From a virus (taxonomy: Duplodnaviria > Caudoviricetes), in the IMG/VR virus record IMGVR_UViG_3300013936_000014: a stretch of 64,000 bases of DNA; one strand, written 5' to 3'. Numbering within the stretch: the first letter of the stretch is position 1; each line of letters begins with the position of its first letter. The position numbers and the translations under genes are program-made. The notes under the pieces are model-generated. The model was not told the origin of the DNA and did no database searches. It saw only the letters and a list, made by a program, of their open reading frames with translations. Below are positions 10,527 through 20,513 of the stretch, piece after piece.

Positions 10527-10614
10527 AAGATTCTCCTCTTCCTTTCGATAGATGGCTTTGAAGGGGGTTCTAAATCTATTGACCGACCCCCATCAAAGCC
10601 ATCTATATGTGCTG

Positions 10615-10643
10615 ATAATAAGCCGAAAAACACGAAAAGTCAA
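10615..10643 (-). promoter_or_regulatory. Sigma-A-type promoter for the glycosyltransferase
   Basis: TTGACT-17-TATTAT on the minus strand. Confidence 0.6.
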
Positions 10644-10648
10644 TCGGC

Positions 10649-11311
10649 TCAGAAAAAATCTTTCGAGACGTATCGCCGAGGAACGCCCCAAGATCTCGCG
10701 ATCAGACGGCTTTCTTTCCCCTCTTGGAAAATCCAGGTTATCTTCACGGAAAAATAAAGATCGAGATTGCGCACTATGATCTCCCCTCTGGGAGTCAGTC
10801 GCTCATCATCTTTGTCCGAATCATAAACAGCCCCGCGCTCTAAAGAATTATACCCGGCGAAAACAGAATAACAAATATCATTAGCGCAGCCTCTCATCCA
10901 TTCAAAAAAGGAATTGTCCCCAAACGGCTTCCAAAATAGGTTATCGGCCGTTACCGGCAATGCGAAATCGAGTGTAACCACACGTCCGGAACCGTTCTGA
11001 GAATAGTTCTTTGGTTCATACCATCCGCTTTCCGGGACCGGGTACCATTTTGGCGTTATCTGAGACACTATGCCGCTTCCTGTTTTCCCGTCTTTCGCCC
11101 TCAAATATTCGAACCCCCTATCAAACCATCCTTGGCGATGAGTTGGCGCGATGAGAGTAGCCCTTCCCACGCATCCGAAAGACAAATCGGAAGGAAGATT
11201 GTCAAAATGCAGGTTTACCGTCAGAACCTTGTTGCCGTCAACAATCGGCTCATATCGCCATTTTAGGTCTTTGTCGAGGAAATCCTTGAATTCATCCAAA
11301 CTTAGCCCCAT
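10649..11311 (-). CDS. Hypothetical protein
   Basis: ORF with GGAGGGG RBS. Confidence 0.65.
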   Translation of the reverse strand: MGLSLDEFKDFLDKDLKWRYEPIVDGNKVLTVNLHFDNLPSDLSFGCVGRATLIAPTHRQGWFDRGFEYLRAKDGKTGSGIVSQITPKWYPVPESGWYEPKNYSQNGSGRVVTLDFALPVTADNLFWKPFGDNSFFEWMRGCANDICYSVFAGYNSLERGAVYDSDKDDERLTPRGEIIVRNLDLYFSVKITWIFQEGKESRLIARSWGVPRRYVSKDFF

Positions 11312-11321
11312 AATCCCCTCC

Positions 11322-11978
11322 TTATCTGAGATCGATGATGTCTATCGTGCCTTTCGGTCCCTGGACGCCTGTCGGCCCAGCGGCCCCGGTAGGCCCGATG
11401 CCCCCCATCGGCCCAGTAGGCCCGACCGGTCCTATCAATCCTTGGAATCCAGTGGGGCCCATCGGGCCAGTAGGCCCGACGATTCCCGTGGGGCCGACAG
11501 GGCCAGTGGCCCCTGTTGGGCCGACAGGTCCCACCCCGCCGGCTGATCCCGTAGGACCCAAAGGTCCTTGAGGCCCCGTCGGGCCAACGATGCTGCTTCC
11601 CTGTGGTCCGGTTGGACCCATATCGCCCTTCTCGCCTTTCACGCTATCGGTGTAAAGATGGGTGCCGTCTGTCATGGTGAAATCGAGACCGTTGTTCGAG
11701 CCCATCGCGACGCCTTTGATGCCATTCCCGGTCTCTCCGGTGGCTCCTTTCTCCCCGATCGCCCCTCGAGGGCCGGTCGCCCCAGTGGGGCCTTTTATGT
11801 CGTCTCTCCAGCACACATAAAAGAGATTGTAGTTTTTGAGATTGTTCAAACCCGGTCCAAGGGTGATCTTGTTTCCGTTAAGATCCGTGACCGAGATGGT
11901 GTCTTTCCCGTTAACCAAGGTCTCATATTGAGATTGCGTCAGGAAAACAGTGGGTATATTTTCAAATGGATTCGCCAT
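11322..11978 (-). CDS. Collagen-like (GPT)n protein D
   Basis: Gly-X-Y/GPT repeats; N-terminal FLTQSQYETL domain. Confidence 0.85.
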   Translation of the reverse strand: MANPFENIPTVFLTQSQYETLVNGKDTISVTDLNGNKITLGPGLNNLKNYNLFYVCWRDDIKGPTGATGPRGAIGEKGATGETGNGIKGVAMGSNNGLDFTMTDGTHLYTDSVKGEKGDMGPTGPQGSSIVGPTGPQGPLGPTGSAGGVGPVGPTGATGPVGPTGIVGPTGPMGPTGFQGLIGPVGPTGPMGGIGPTGAAGPTGVQGPKGTIDIIDLR

Positions 11979-11994
11979 ATGAGACCTCCTTTCA

Positions 11995-12900
11995 TCATTC
12001 TATTGAGTCGTAGAACACCACAGACCCTGGTTGGACATTGTATATTATCTTTTTCGTGCCGGAATCGTAAGACATTCCTGTGACGACCCCCTCTGCGGAG
12101 GAATTCCCGATGACGCCGGCGACATTAGCCGTGACACCATCCGTTCCGTCTCTTCCGGCAGCCCCTTTGAAATTCGCCACCTTCGTCCAAAGATCGGATT
12201 CGTTGTATCTGAATACATCGTTTGAAGATAGATTAAGATAATAATCCCCAGTTTTCGGAGATACGGGAGGAATCTGCCCCGTGACGGATTGGATCACGTT
12301 TCCGGCATTATCCGTTGCCACGGACTCTCCCGAGAACCATGTGCTGCCCGTAGGACCCAGAGCACCCGTGGGACCGGTGGGACCAATAGGGCCGGTTGGA
12401 CCGATTTTCCCTTCGGGTCCGGTAGGGCCTATTAGGCCAGTGGGACCAAGGTTGCCTTGCGGCCCAGTTGGGCCGACTGGACCTGTGGGGCCAATTTTTC
12501 CTTCGGGACCGGTAGGACCGACGGAGCCCGTCGGCCCAATTTTCCCCTCAGGGCCAGTTGGGCCGACAGAGCCCGTTGGGCCGACATCTCCTTGCGGACC
12601 AGTAGGACCCATTGCCCCAGTTGGGCCAATTTTCCCTTCGGGGCCAGTAGGACCGACGGAGCCCGTTGGGCCCGCGTCTCCCTTGGCTCCCGTCGGCCCA
12701 ATGGCCCCTGTAAAACCTCTGGGGCCCGTTGGACCGATTATATCCTGATAATAGCAAACGAAATATCCGTCGCTGGGAAGGCCGGTCAAGGTTTTTTTGT
12801 TGCCGTTGTAGTCGGTGACTTCCGTGGATCCTCCGGTTCTCAGCATCTCATATTGAGCCTGAGTGAGAAAATAGGTTTTTGTATTGGTAATATCTGCCAT
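11995..12900 (-). CDS. Collagen-like (GPT)n protein C
   Basis: Long GPTG repeats between shared N- and C-terminal domains. Confidence 0.88.
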   Translation of the reverse strand: MADITNTKTYFLTQAQYEMLRTGGSTEVTDYNGNKKTLTGLPSDGYFVCYYQDIIGPTGPRGFTGAIGPTGAKGDAGPTGSVGPTGPEGKIGPTGAMGPTGPQGDVGPTGSVGPTGPEGKIGPTGSVGPTGPEGKIGPTGPVGPTGPQGNLGPTGLIGPTGPEGKIGPTGPIGPTGPTGALGPTGSTWFSGESVATDNAGNVIQSVTGQIPPVSPKTGDYYLNLSSNDVFRYNESDLWTKVANFKGAAGRDGTDGVTANVAGVIGNSSAEGVVTGMSYDSGTKKIIYNVQPGSVVFYDSIE

Positions 12901-12914
12901 TCTCTTTTTCCTCC

Positions 12915-13814
12915 TTACCAGGCCACTTCCGTGTTTCCGTCATCGGAGAGCTTCACATAGAAAACGCCATGCACGGCATCGATCATCTCAGCGGCCGGAA
13001 CATTCGTGTAGACTATCTTTTTTGAAGAATCGTCATATTCCATTGCGACCGTCACGCCCGTGCTAGCTTCATAAGAGCCACTGGATGAAGAGACCCCCGA
13101 CACGTTTCCCGTCTCCCCTTTCGGCCCCTGCGGGCCTTTAACCTGAGCGATTTTCGTCCATTGTTTCTGCTCATTGTACCTGAATATCTCCGCCGTCGAG
13201 TTGTTGAAATAGAAATCCCCGACGACTGCGCCGACCGGGTCTGGATCGACGACGACGTTTCCCTGTTGGGTGGAAACCGCCGTGCCCGAATACCAGGTGC
13301 TTCCCGTTGGGCCGATCGCCCCAGTGAGCCCCGTGGGCCCGATGGGTCCGGTGTCGCCTTTGTCTCCCTTGGCGTGTACCTCCGTGTCGACTCCGCCAAT
13401 GAGCCAATTCCCCGATGTGGGATCTATTGTCGGGGAGTAGCCGTTTTTAACGACGATGTTCCCCGCTTCAAGCGTCTCATCTTCGGTATTGGTATATTTC
13501 AGGCCGTAAGTGGATTCGGCTCCTGAGCCTTGCTGCAAAGAGCCCGTCACCTCTATGCTTTTGAGTCCGACGCCGGTATTTCCCGTAGGCCCGGTTGGGC
13601 CGATTTCGCCCTTATCGCCCTGGACACCCCTCGGTCCGGTTGGACCGATTATGTCCTGATAATAGCAAACGAAATACCCGTCGCTCGGAAGGCCGGTCAA
13701 AGTGGCCACATTGCCATTGTAGTCCGTGACGGTCGTGGTTCCGCCCGTTCTCAGCGTCTCATACTGCCTCTGAGTGAGGAAGTAAGTTTTTTTCTGCGTT
13801 ATTATATCTGCCAT
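12915..13814 (-). CDS. Collagen-like protein B
   Basis: N-domain near-identical to protein C; short GPT runs; shared C-domain; RBS before ATG 13814. Confidence 0.85.
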   Translation of the reverse strand: MADIITQKKTYFLTQRQYETLRTGGTTTVTDYNGNVATLTGLPSDGYFVCYYQDIIGPTGPRGVQGDKGEIGPTGPTGNTGVGLKSIEVTGSLQQGSGAESTYGLKYTNTEDETLEAGNIVVKNGYSPTIDPTSGNWLIGGVDTEVHAKGDKGDTGPIGPTGLTGAIGPTGSTWYSGTAVSTQQGNVVVDPDPVGAVVGDFYFNNSTAEIFRYNEQKQWTKIAQVKGPQGPKGETGNVSGVSSSSGSYEASTGVTVAMEYDDSSKKIVYTNVPAAEMIDAVHGVFYVKLSDDGNTEVAW

Positions 13815-13827
13815 GTTCTTCCTCCTC

Positions 13828-14976
13828 TCAATCCGCGACATCGTTGCCCGCGTCGTCTATCTTCGTGTAGAATACGCCATTCACGGATTCGAACATTGTT
13901 TTTATCGGCACGTTCGTATAAAGAATCTTCTTCGTCTCCTTGTCATACTCGACCTTTGTGGTGAGGCCGTTTTTCTGATCATAGCTCCCTTCGGCAAGAG
14001 CGGCCCCCTCCACGTTGCCGATATCACCTTTGGGGCCTTGAGGCCCTTTAAGGCTGGCGATTTTCGTCCATTCTTTCGACTCGTTGTATCTATATACCTC
14101 GCCTTTTTCCTCATTGAGGTAAAAATCCCCTATTTTGACCCCTTCGGGAGACGGATCGACGGAGACTTGCCCTTGGTCGGTTCCCACGTCGTTGCCGGAG
14201 AACCATGTGCTGCCCGTTGGGCCTATTGGCCCCGTTGGGCCGACCACGCCTGTTGGCCCTAAAGCCCCTGTGGGGCCGGTGGGACCCGTAAGACCGATTG
14301 GGCCCGTAGGCCCTACTGGGCCTATCAGCCCTTGGACCCCCGTGGGACCCATTGGGCCGGTGGGACCTGTAAGGCCGATTGGACCGGTAGGGCCGATAAG
14401 CCCAGTGGGACCCAAAGCCCCTGTGGGGCCGGTGGGACCCGTGAGGCCTATAGGCCCCGTTGGTCCCATCACCCCTGTGGGGCCTATTTGGCCAGTTGGG
14501 CCGATTGGGCCCGTGGCTCCGGTGGGGCCGATGTCCCCCTGCGGGCCGGTGGGGCCGATGTCCCCTTGATCGCCCTTCGCCCCAGTTTCGCCTTGGGGTC
14601 CCTGAGAGCCCCTCTCCCCTTTTGAGGAAGATCCAGAGCCCCCCGTTTCCCCCATTTCCGTCTCCAGTTGCTCCAACTGCTCCCTCAGATCAAGGTTGCT
14701 TCCGATTTTGGCGAAAATGAACGACTGCGCGAATTGGTTTCCCACTTTGTAGACATAGACGTAATCCCCAGTCTCCAGGTCGAATCCGAACTTGTTCGGA
14801 ATGCCATGGATGACATTGGCATCGTCGGGCACCACGTAAATGTTGTAATTGCCGTCGCTTCCGGGGGATGCGATCTGGCATAGCGCTACTTGATCCTTTG
14901 AATCGAGTTGCTGTTTTATCAACTCTTTTATGAGATCAAGCATCGATTTGGCTGACTTTTCATTGTTGTTGCTCAT
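13828..14976 (-). CDS. Collagen-like (GPT)n protein A
   Basis: ~45 Gly-X-Y triplets; shared GSTWFSG...GDFYLN C-domain; GGAGGG RBS. Confidence 0.85.
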   Translation of the reverse strand: MSNNNEKSAKSMLDLIKELIKQQLDSKDQVALCQIASPGSDGNYNIYVVPDDANVIHGIPNKFGFDLETGDYVYVYKVGNQFAQSFIFAKIGSNLDLREQLEQLETEMGETGGSGSSSKGERGSQGPQGETGAKGDQGDIGPTGPQGDIGPTGATGPIGPTGQIGPTGVMGPTGPIGLTGPTGPTGALGPTGLIGPTGPIGLTGPTGPMGPTGVQGLIGPVGPTGPIGLTGPTGPTGALGPTGVVGPTGPIGPTGSTWFSGNDVGTDQGQVSVDPSPEGVKIGDFYLNEEKGEVYRYNESKEWTKIASLKGPQGPKGDIGNVEGAALAEGSYDQKNGLTTKVEYDKETKKILYTNVPIKTMFESVNGVFYTKIDDAGNDVAD

Positions 14977-15020
14977 GATGCTCCCTCCGTCGGTTGTGTT
15001 GACCGTCGAAATCACGACGG

Positions 15021-15048
15021 AAAAAAAGGAAAGGGTATCACCCTTTCC
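15021..15048 (-). terminator. Intrinsic terminator after the holin
   Basis: GGAAAGGG/CCCTTTCC hairpin followed by a U7 tract on the minus strand. Confidence 0.7.
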
Positions 15049-15104
15049 CAGAATCGACAGTCTCCTGTCTCAGCGGCGCTTGAATAAAAGCGCGTTTTTA
15101 TTCA

Positions 15105-15560
15105 TTACTTGCTTTCGTTGATTTTCTTCTCTTCTTCAGAAGTGACCATGAATTTGCGCGTGGTTTTCGCGCTTTTTTTTGCTTCTTTTGAAGAATCGAT
15201 CATATTGTTGAACCATCCGATGGTCTCATTGATGTAATCGGCCAATTTCTTGAGGTCGTCTTCGCTGACTTCAATTCCAGCTTCTTTGCATCCCGCCACG
15301 ACCGCGTCGATGACCATCTGTTGCTTCTCAGAGCCTTTCTTTCCGCTTGCTTCGGCTTCTTTCATGGCCGCCATGGCGATATCTTTGATTTTCGACCAAT
15401 TTTTGTTTTTCATCAGTTCCGCTCCTTTTTTGACCAAACTCACCGCGGTCGGCACCAGGGCCGCGACAGCGATGACAAAACCAGCTATGAAAGTGATGAG
15501 ATTCGCCCATCCTTCGACTGTGGTGGGCCAGATGGAATTTAAGATGATGATAGAGTTCAT
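15105..15560 (-). CDS. Putative holin (LL-H-like)
   Basis: Single N-terminal TM segment, AMKEAE..GKKGSEK motif, basic tail. Confidence 0.65.
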   Translation of the reverse strand: MNSIIILNSIWPTTVEGWANLITFIAGFVIAVAALVPTAVSLVKKGAELMKNKNWSKIKDIAMAAMKEAEASGKKGSEKQQMVIDAVVAGCKEAGIEVSEDDLKKLADYINETIGWFNNMIDSSKEAKKSAKTTRKFMVTSEEEKKINESK

Positions 15561-17380
15561 AATGTTTCCTCCTTTTTCCAAAGATATTTTTTAGAGCCAG
15601 AGCCCCATATGACGGCTTCTGCTTTCTCTTTGTACTCTTTGTATTTTGACGGATTGCGCTTATAGGCAACCCCATCGATCAGATAGGTCTTGTCAGGACC
15701 GGTGTATCCGACGAACTTCATCCCAATGGCTTCATAGGATCTGCCGTCGAATTTGTTGAAATCGCAATAGCTGAAAACCTCATCAGGATTGTAATCTTCG
15801 ACGAACCTGGAAAACAGTTTGCCCACGCCGCCGATCACCACATTATTGGAGCCCGGGCAGCCGCGGATGATCTCCCAGGAATTGCTTCCCTTCAGATTGC
15901 GATTATAGCGGGTTTTGCTGAAGCTCATCAATTGCACCAATTCCCCCTCATGGAAAAGACCATAGGTGACTTGGGCATTGCGATGCCCCTGCAAATGCAC
16001 TTTGTCATTAAGAGGCTTGGCCTCTTGATTAGTGATTTGCCTGATTTCGCATTTGCGAGCATAGATTTTTCTATCCACGATGCCAAGGGCTATCTTCAGC
16101 AATTGGATGATCTTGTCTTTCATGGCGTTCCACTCATATTCGTAGATGTGAATAAGACGGATGCCTTTCGATTCAGCCAGTTTTGATTTGTCAAAATGGT
16201 AATTCCTTTCTTTGACGGCATTCGAATGCCAATAATCGCCATTGAATTCGATACCCATCTTCTTAGAAGGAACGTAAATATCAATTTCCATTCCCCCCAA
16301 AACCTTTCGGTCATGGGAGACGAAGTCGATTTTCGATTGCTTCAGGAAAGACTGCAGCTCCAATTCGGGAGATGAAGTGTAAACAGAGAAATAATTTTCC
16401 CAATGATTCTTCTTTGCGGCGGTCCTCACTTTGTTATCCGAGCACCCCAATGCTTGAGCCGCCGCGGTATAATTTGGTTTGTCGCTGAAACTATCCGTCA
16501 GGAATTCTGCGAGCCTCTCTTCGGAAGCGAGAATTCTTGCAGATTTCTCAGATCCTTTGCCGACGGGATGATCAACGCCATATTTTTTGATGCAGTTTTC
16601 CCTGTAATGCGCTCTGACCGTCGATGAGGAAAAAGAGTTTTCCACTCCGAAACGCTCTTGGTTTGTTTTCCTTTTCGTAGCTTCTATGCAGGCTTGCGAT
16701 TTGCGAATGTCGTTTTCGGCAAGCCATTTCAGCAATGTCCTCACGCTCACTTTGAATCGAGCGGCGGTCTCCAATATCGAATGGGAATTTGCAACATAAT
16801 AATCATACAATTCTTCCCTAGAAGGAAGTTTTTTGGTTTTCTTTTCGCTTAACGCCTTTTTCGCCAATTTGGTTTTCGAATAGCACTCGACGCCATATTT
16901 TTCCAAACAGGTTTTTCTGCTTTTTTCGCGCACCTCTTCCGACTGCATGGCGTAATCGCAGCCCAAACGATCTCTCATGGAGTTCTTTCGGGTCTCTTCA
17001 ACCCCTTCCTTGTCTTTTTTGATCTCGTATCGGGACAGCCAGTTTCTCACAGTATCCAGAGACACCCCATAGAAAGAGGCCAGCTGCTTTTGCGTTTTTC
17101 CTCCCAAATATTCTTTTTCTAATGCCTCTTTGGCGGGCATTTTCCAGTCAAGTTTATTCACGGGGGGTTTTTTCTCGGAGACGGCAAAGTTCCTGCATAT
17201 CGTCTCCCTCCTTGTCTGAGCCACTTCCTCAGATGGTTTCTTGATATCATTCCTATGCAAAAATTTCTCCATGCCGCTGACGGATCTGTTAAAATGACCG
17301 GCAGTTTCCACAAGAGAACGGTGCTCGTTGACGTAATATTCCCTAACTTCTTCGGGATTTAATTTTGTCATTTTGCCCAT
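15557..17380 (-). CDS. Free-standing Hef-like homing endonuclease 1
   Basis: HTH plus KYGV repeats; EIDIYVPSKKMGIEFNGDYWH (Vsr/PD-(D/E)xK); C-terminal HLQG...SYCD domain. Confidence 0.8.
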   Translation of the reverse strand: MGKMTKLNPEEVREYYVNEHRSLVETAGHFNRSVSGMEKFLHRNDIKKPSEEVAQTRRETICRNFAVSEKKPPVNKLDWKMPAKEALEKEYLGGKTQKQLASFYGVSLDTVRNWLSRYEIKKDKEGVEETRKNSMRDRLGCDYAMQSEEVREKSRKTCLEKYGVECYSKTKLAKKALSEKKTKKLPSREELYDYYVANSHSILETAARFKVSVRTLLKWLAENDIRKSQACIEATKRKTNQERFGVENSFSSSTVRAHYRENCIKKYGVDHPVGKGSEKSARILASEERLAEFLTDSFSDKPNYTAAAQALGCSDNKVRTAAKKNHWENYFSVYTSSPELELQSFLKQSKIDFVSHDRKVLGGMEIDIYVPSKKMGIEFNGDYWHSNAVKERNYHFDKSKLAESKGIRLIHIYEYEWNAMKDKIIQLLKIALGIVDRKIYARKCEIRQITNQEAKPLNDKVHLQGHRNAQVTYGLFHEGELVQLMSFSKTRYNRNLKGSNSWEIIRGCPGSNNVVIGGVGKLFSRFVEDYNPDEVFSYCDFNKFDGRSYEAIGMKFVGYTGPDKTYLIDGVAYKRNPSKYKEYKEKAEAVIWGSGSKKYLWKKEETL

Positions 17381-17404
17381 CTGTTGTTTCCTCCGACCAA
17401 TTCA

Positions 17405-17433
17405 AAAATAACATAAAGCGCGCCAAAGGTCAA
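17405..17433 (-). promoter_or_regulatory. Sigma-A-like promoter of Hef-like gene 1
   Basis: TTGACC-17-TATTTT with a TG extension. Confidence 0.5.
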
Positions 17434-17522
17434 CAAGGCTTTTGGCCAAACGTTATCTTTTTGATAACGCCCAACCAAAAGCCTTGTTGAAGGCAGTTTC
17501 CCGCCTTGCAACAAGGCTTGTT

Positions 17523-17690
17523 TCATTCTTCTTCCTTTTTCTGAAATTGAGAACAAGTTTCCATATCCGTTATTTCAAAATGCTTTTTGACTGTGCACCA
17601 TCTCTGAAACGGGCACACTTCCATACGCAACTTGCAAATATAACGATAGATGTCGCCTTTCCCTATCAGAAATCGACATCTCTCAGGCAT
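17523..17690 (-). CDS. Small Cys-rich protein (55 aa, MPERCRFLIG...CPFQRWC)
   Basis: Manual translation; below the ORF-track cutoff; directly follows the tail tube gene. Confidence 0.6.
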   Translation of the reverse strand: MPERCRFLIGKGDIYRYICKLRMEVCPFQRWCTVKKHFEITDMETCSQFQKKEEE

Positions 17691-17698
17691 GAAATGCT

Positions 17699-18709
17699 TT
17701 ATTCTCCGACAGTGACGTCATCGCTGACAGTGGTGCCAGTGATGGTGATTTTGCTAGCGCCAGCAGCAAATTTGCCATCGGTCAAAGCAGGTTCAAAGGT
17801 CAAATTCTTATTATCCATCTTCATGACCTTGCCTTCTTTGGTAAGAACGTAGACAACGGGAATAAGACCCGCTTTCAAGCTGTCTTCATCAACAATCAAC
17901 TCGCTGTAATTGTCCGAGGCATAATCGTTGAGAGAGAGAACGATGTTATAAAGATTCTGTTCGCCCATCTCGCAGGTGCTGTCGGAAGCAAGAGCAGAAC
18001 CGGCCAAGCTGATGGTTTGGTTCTGAGACATGTTGAACGCCATTTCGGATCCGCCGTTCAAACGGAAACGAGGAATTTCGTAGGTGATGGTTCCGGCTTT
18101 CCTGCCATTGGAGGCAGAGCAGGCGTCTCCTGCGAAGACCGGGGCGGTAATGAGCAGCATATATTCGGCAGGAATGATATTCGACGTGACGTGGGCGATA
18201 ATGGCATTTGGATCCTGCTTGCAATAGCGGACGCAGTAGGACTTGCCGGCCTTGAAATCGGCGCTGGTGATTTCTTTGCCATCGGTGAATTCATAGGTAT
18301 TCCATTTTTCTTTGCCGGCTTCGAGGACCCAAACGTATTTGAGCTCGCCGCCGCAAGCGCCGAAATTGAGGGCGAGAGGCTGATCCGTAAGAGTTATTTT
18401 TCCCTCTTCGGCGACGACCGTTTCGGTGGCATAGCCATGGGAGCCTTCGTTTTTGAATTCGGTGCCAAGCTGTGCTTCAAGATATTCTTTCTTGAAAACG
18501 ACATCCGTGAGGGTGATTTCGACGGCAGGATCGTGATAGAAGCTGAATTGAATAGGTGCGCCAGTTCCGCCACGAACGTCGTCTTTAGTAATGGTGGTAT
18601 TGATACCAGAATCGGTTAAAGTTTTGGAAACGAAAGCCAATTCATAGCTTCCGTCTTCTTTTTTCTTAAAAGCTTCGACCGAACCAACTGATCCGAGAAA
18701 ATACTTCAT
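17699..18709 (-). CDS. Putative major tail (tube) protein
   Basis: SKTLTDSGI...DDVRGGTG pattern; highly expressed codon usage; synteny. Confidence 0.65.
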   Translation of the reverse strand: MKYFLGSVGSVEAFKKKEDGSYELAFVSKTLTDSGINTTITKDDVRGGTGAPIQFSFYHDPAVEITLTDVVFKKEYLEAQLGTEFKNEGSHGYATETVVAEEGKITLTDQPLALNFGACGGELKYVWVLEAGKEKWNTYEFTDGKEITSADFKAGKSYCVRYCKQDPNAIIAHVTSNIIPAEYMLLITAPVFAGDACSASNGRKAGTITYEIPRFRLNGGSEMAFNMSQNQTISLAGSALASDSTCEMGEQNLYNIVLSLNDYASDNYSELIVDEDSLKAGLIPVVYVLTKEGKVMKMDNKNLTFEPALTDGKFAAGASKITITGTTVSDDVTVGE

Positions 18710-18745
18710 GTTTTTATTCTCCTTTAAAATTTTATTTTATAAAAA

Positions 18746-19801
18746 TCACCTTTCGGTATACTGCTGAGCTTGATCGGTCGTCTTATACCCGTCTCCATAC
18801 ATATCCTTTTCGGTTTTGTACAGCCAATGCTCCAATTTGAAGCCTTTCGGGAAAGACACCATCCCGCTCATCATCGCCGACCTGGTGATCTTATAATTGA
18901 TTAAATCGTCCACCAGACTGAGAGCCATGGCGAACTTTCGAATTGTCATGTCGTAAATGTCGGATAGCTTATAATTACTGGCTATCGACAAACCGACAAT
19001 CTTTCGCTCCAGCGAAGCTGTAGCGCCGGCATTTGCTTTCTGCTCAAGAGCCAATCGCTCCTCGTAGTCAGCCTTCACATCAGGATCAACCCAAGAATCA
19101 TTTTGATAATCAGAAAAATTCTGATACATAATGATTTCTCTCAAATCATTGAACATCTGCGATGTGACCGTTTTCCCATCAATCAAAAATGAGTAATGTT
19201 TCCCTTTTTCGTCCTTAACTATTTTTATCATCTCCAAATACTGAGATTGGTCTTCGTTGCCGCACTTATCGCAGATAAGCTTGGGCTCCTCAAACTTTTC
19301 TCCCTGTTTTGGAGGATTGGCCAAAAGGTTTTGGACTTCATTCAGGAATTTCACAAAAATATCACTGTGATATTCAATGATGTTTCCACATTTCTTGCAT
19401 TTTAGACCATTCTTGAGATGAAAGACCACCTCAATCAATGAATTGAATCTGAAAGACCACGCCGGGCCTTCTTTCTTATCGTTCATTTTAGACACCAGAA
19501 AGTCAAGATTCGTCATCCGGATGCCTTCTGGCGTTTTGTTTTTGTCTAAGCTGAGACACGTGGATGCGGAAGCAAACTTCTCATAATCCCGAACGGTCGC
19601 CGGATATAATAGAAAACCATGAAAAGGGACCGGAAGGTCCAGTTTGAAATATTCTATCTCATCTTTGCGCAACTCGTCCGCGAGGGACTCGCTCAGGCCT
19701 TTATAACGGTCGGGCTTCGCCGCTATGGCCCCTGATTCTTCATTCGATGTCTGTGACGTCTCCTGATTGCTCGTCTCTCTGATTTCCTTATCTTCCGCCA
19801 T
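18746..19801 (-). CDS. Virion morphogenesis protein (tail/neck)
   Basis: ORF; SPbeta-like synteny. Confidence 0.55.
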   Translation of the reverse strand: MAEDKEIRETSNQETSQTSNEESGAIAAKPDRYKGLSESLADELRKDEIEYFKLDLPVPFHGFLLYPATVRDYEKFASASTCLSLDKNKTPEGIRMTNLDFLVSKMNDKKEGPAWSFRFNSLIEVVFHLKNGLKCKKCGNIIEYHSDIFVKFLNEVQNLLANPPKQGEKFEEPKLICDKCGNEDQSQYLEMIKIVKDEKGKHYSFLIDGKTVTSQMFNDLREIIMYQNFSDYQNDSWVDPDVKADYEERLALEQKANAGATASLERKIVGLSIASNYKLSDIYDMTIRKFAMALSLVDDLINYKITRSAMMSGMVSFPKGFKLEHWLYKTEKDMYGDGYKTTDQAQQYTER

Positions 19802-19804
19802 ATG

Positions 19805-20494
19805 TCACAATTGCTCCCCAGGAACTCCCATTGCCTCTCCGCTTGAATCGTTGTTCATGTTGCAAGCGAAGATTATCGAGTGCCCATAATAAGAGCGCCT
19901 GTTGTACAACGGCATGGTCGCCTTGCATTTGATCGGCATCCTCATGTTGAACTGAAGATACCCGGCGCCATCCAAATACAGGCCGTTGAACTCGGCCAGT
20001 ATGCACTTCAGCAAAACCGTCGCGCGATTCTTGAAGGCAACAACAACATTGTCTTTCCCATCCGAATCGTTTGGATTCGCCAACGGATACAGGAACTCAT
20101 CCCCGTCGCCGTTTATGGCGCTGATTTTGCTATGCGTCACAGTCTCGATCGTGACCCCCACCGTCGATCTCAGATGATCGACAGGAAGGACGTCTTCGAC
20201 GTAAATGTACAAAGAACTGCATTGTTCTTGCCACGCATCATCAACAAAAGGCGAGAAGAAGACCCTCTTCGACGTCGGATTTCCGTTGTCGTAGCACACG
20301 AGCCCCCATCTATCGGCCTCGCTGACAGTTGGCTTGCTTAACGCGTCTAAGCTGTTGTACTTCAGCAATTTCCAGATTATGTCCGCGAATTTGGTCTGTG
20401 ACTTGACCAAATGCGACACCATTTTGGCTTCTATGCCATCCAGATTCTGGTATCTGTTGAACTCATTGAAATCGCTGCGTTCCAAATAATCCAT
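19805..20494 (-). CDS. Putative tail completion/neck protein
   Basis: ORF; synteny. Confidence 0.5.
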   Translation of the reverse strand: MDYLERSDFNEFNRYQNLDGIEAKMVSHLVKSQTKFADIIWKLLKYNSLDALSKPTVSEADRWGLVCYDNGNPTSKRVFFSPFVDDAWQEQCSSLYIYVEDVLPVDHLRSTVGVTIETVTHSKISAINGDGDEFLYPLANPNDSDGKDNVVVAFKNRATVLLKCILAEFNGLYLDGAGYLQFNMRMPIKCKATMPLYNRRSYYGHSIIFACNMNNDSSGEAMGVPGEQL

Positions 20495-20513
20495 TCCTTT
20501 TACCTCCGAATCA

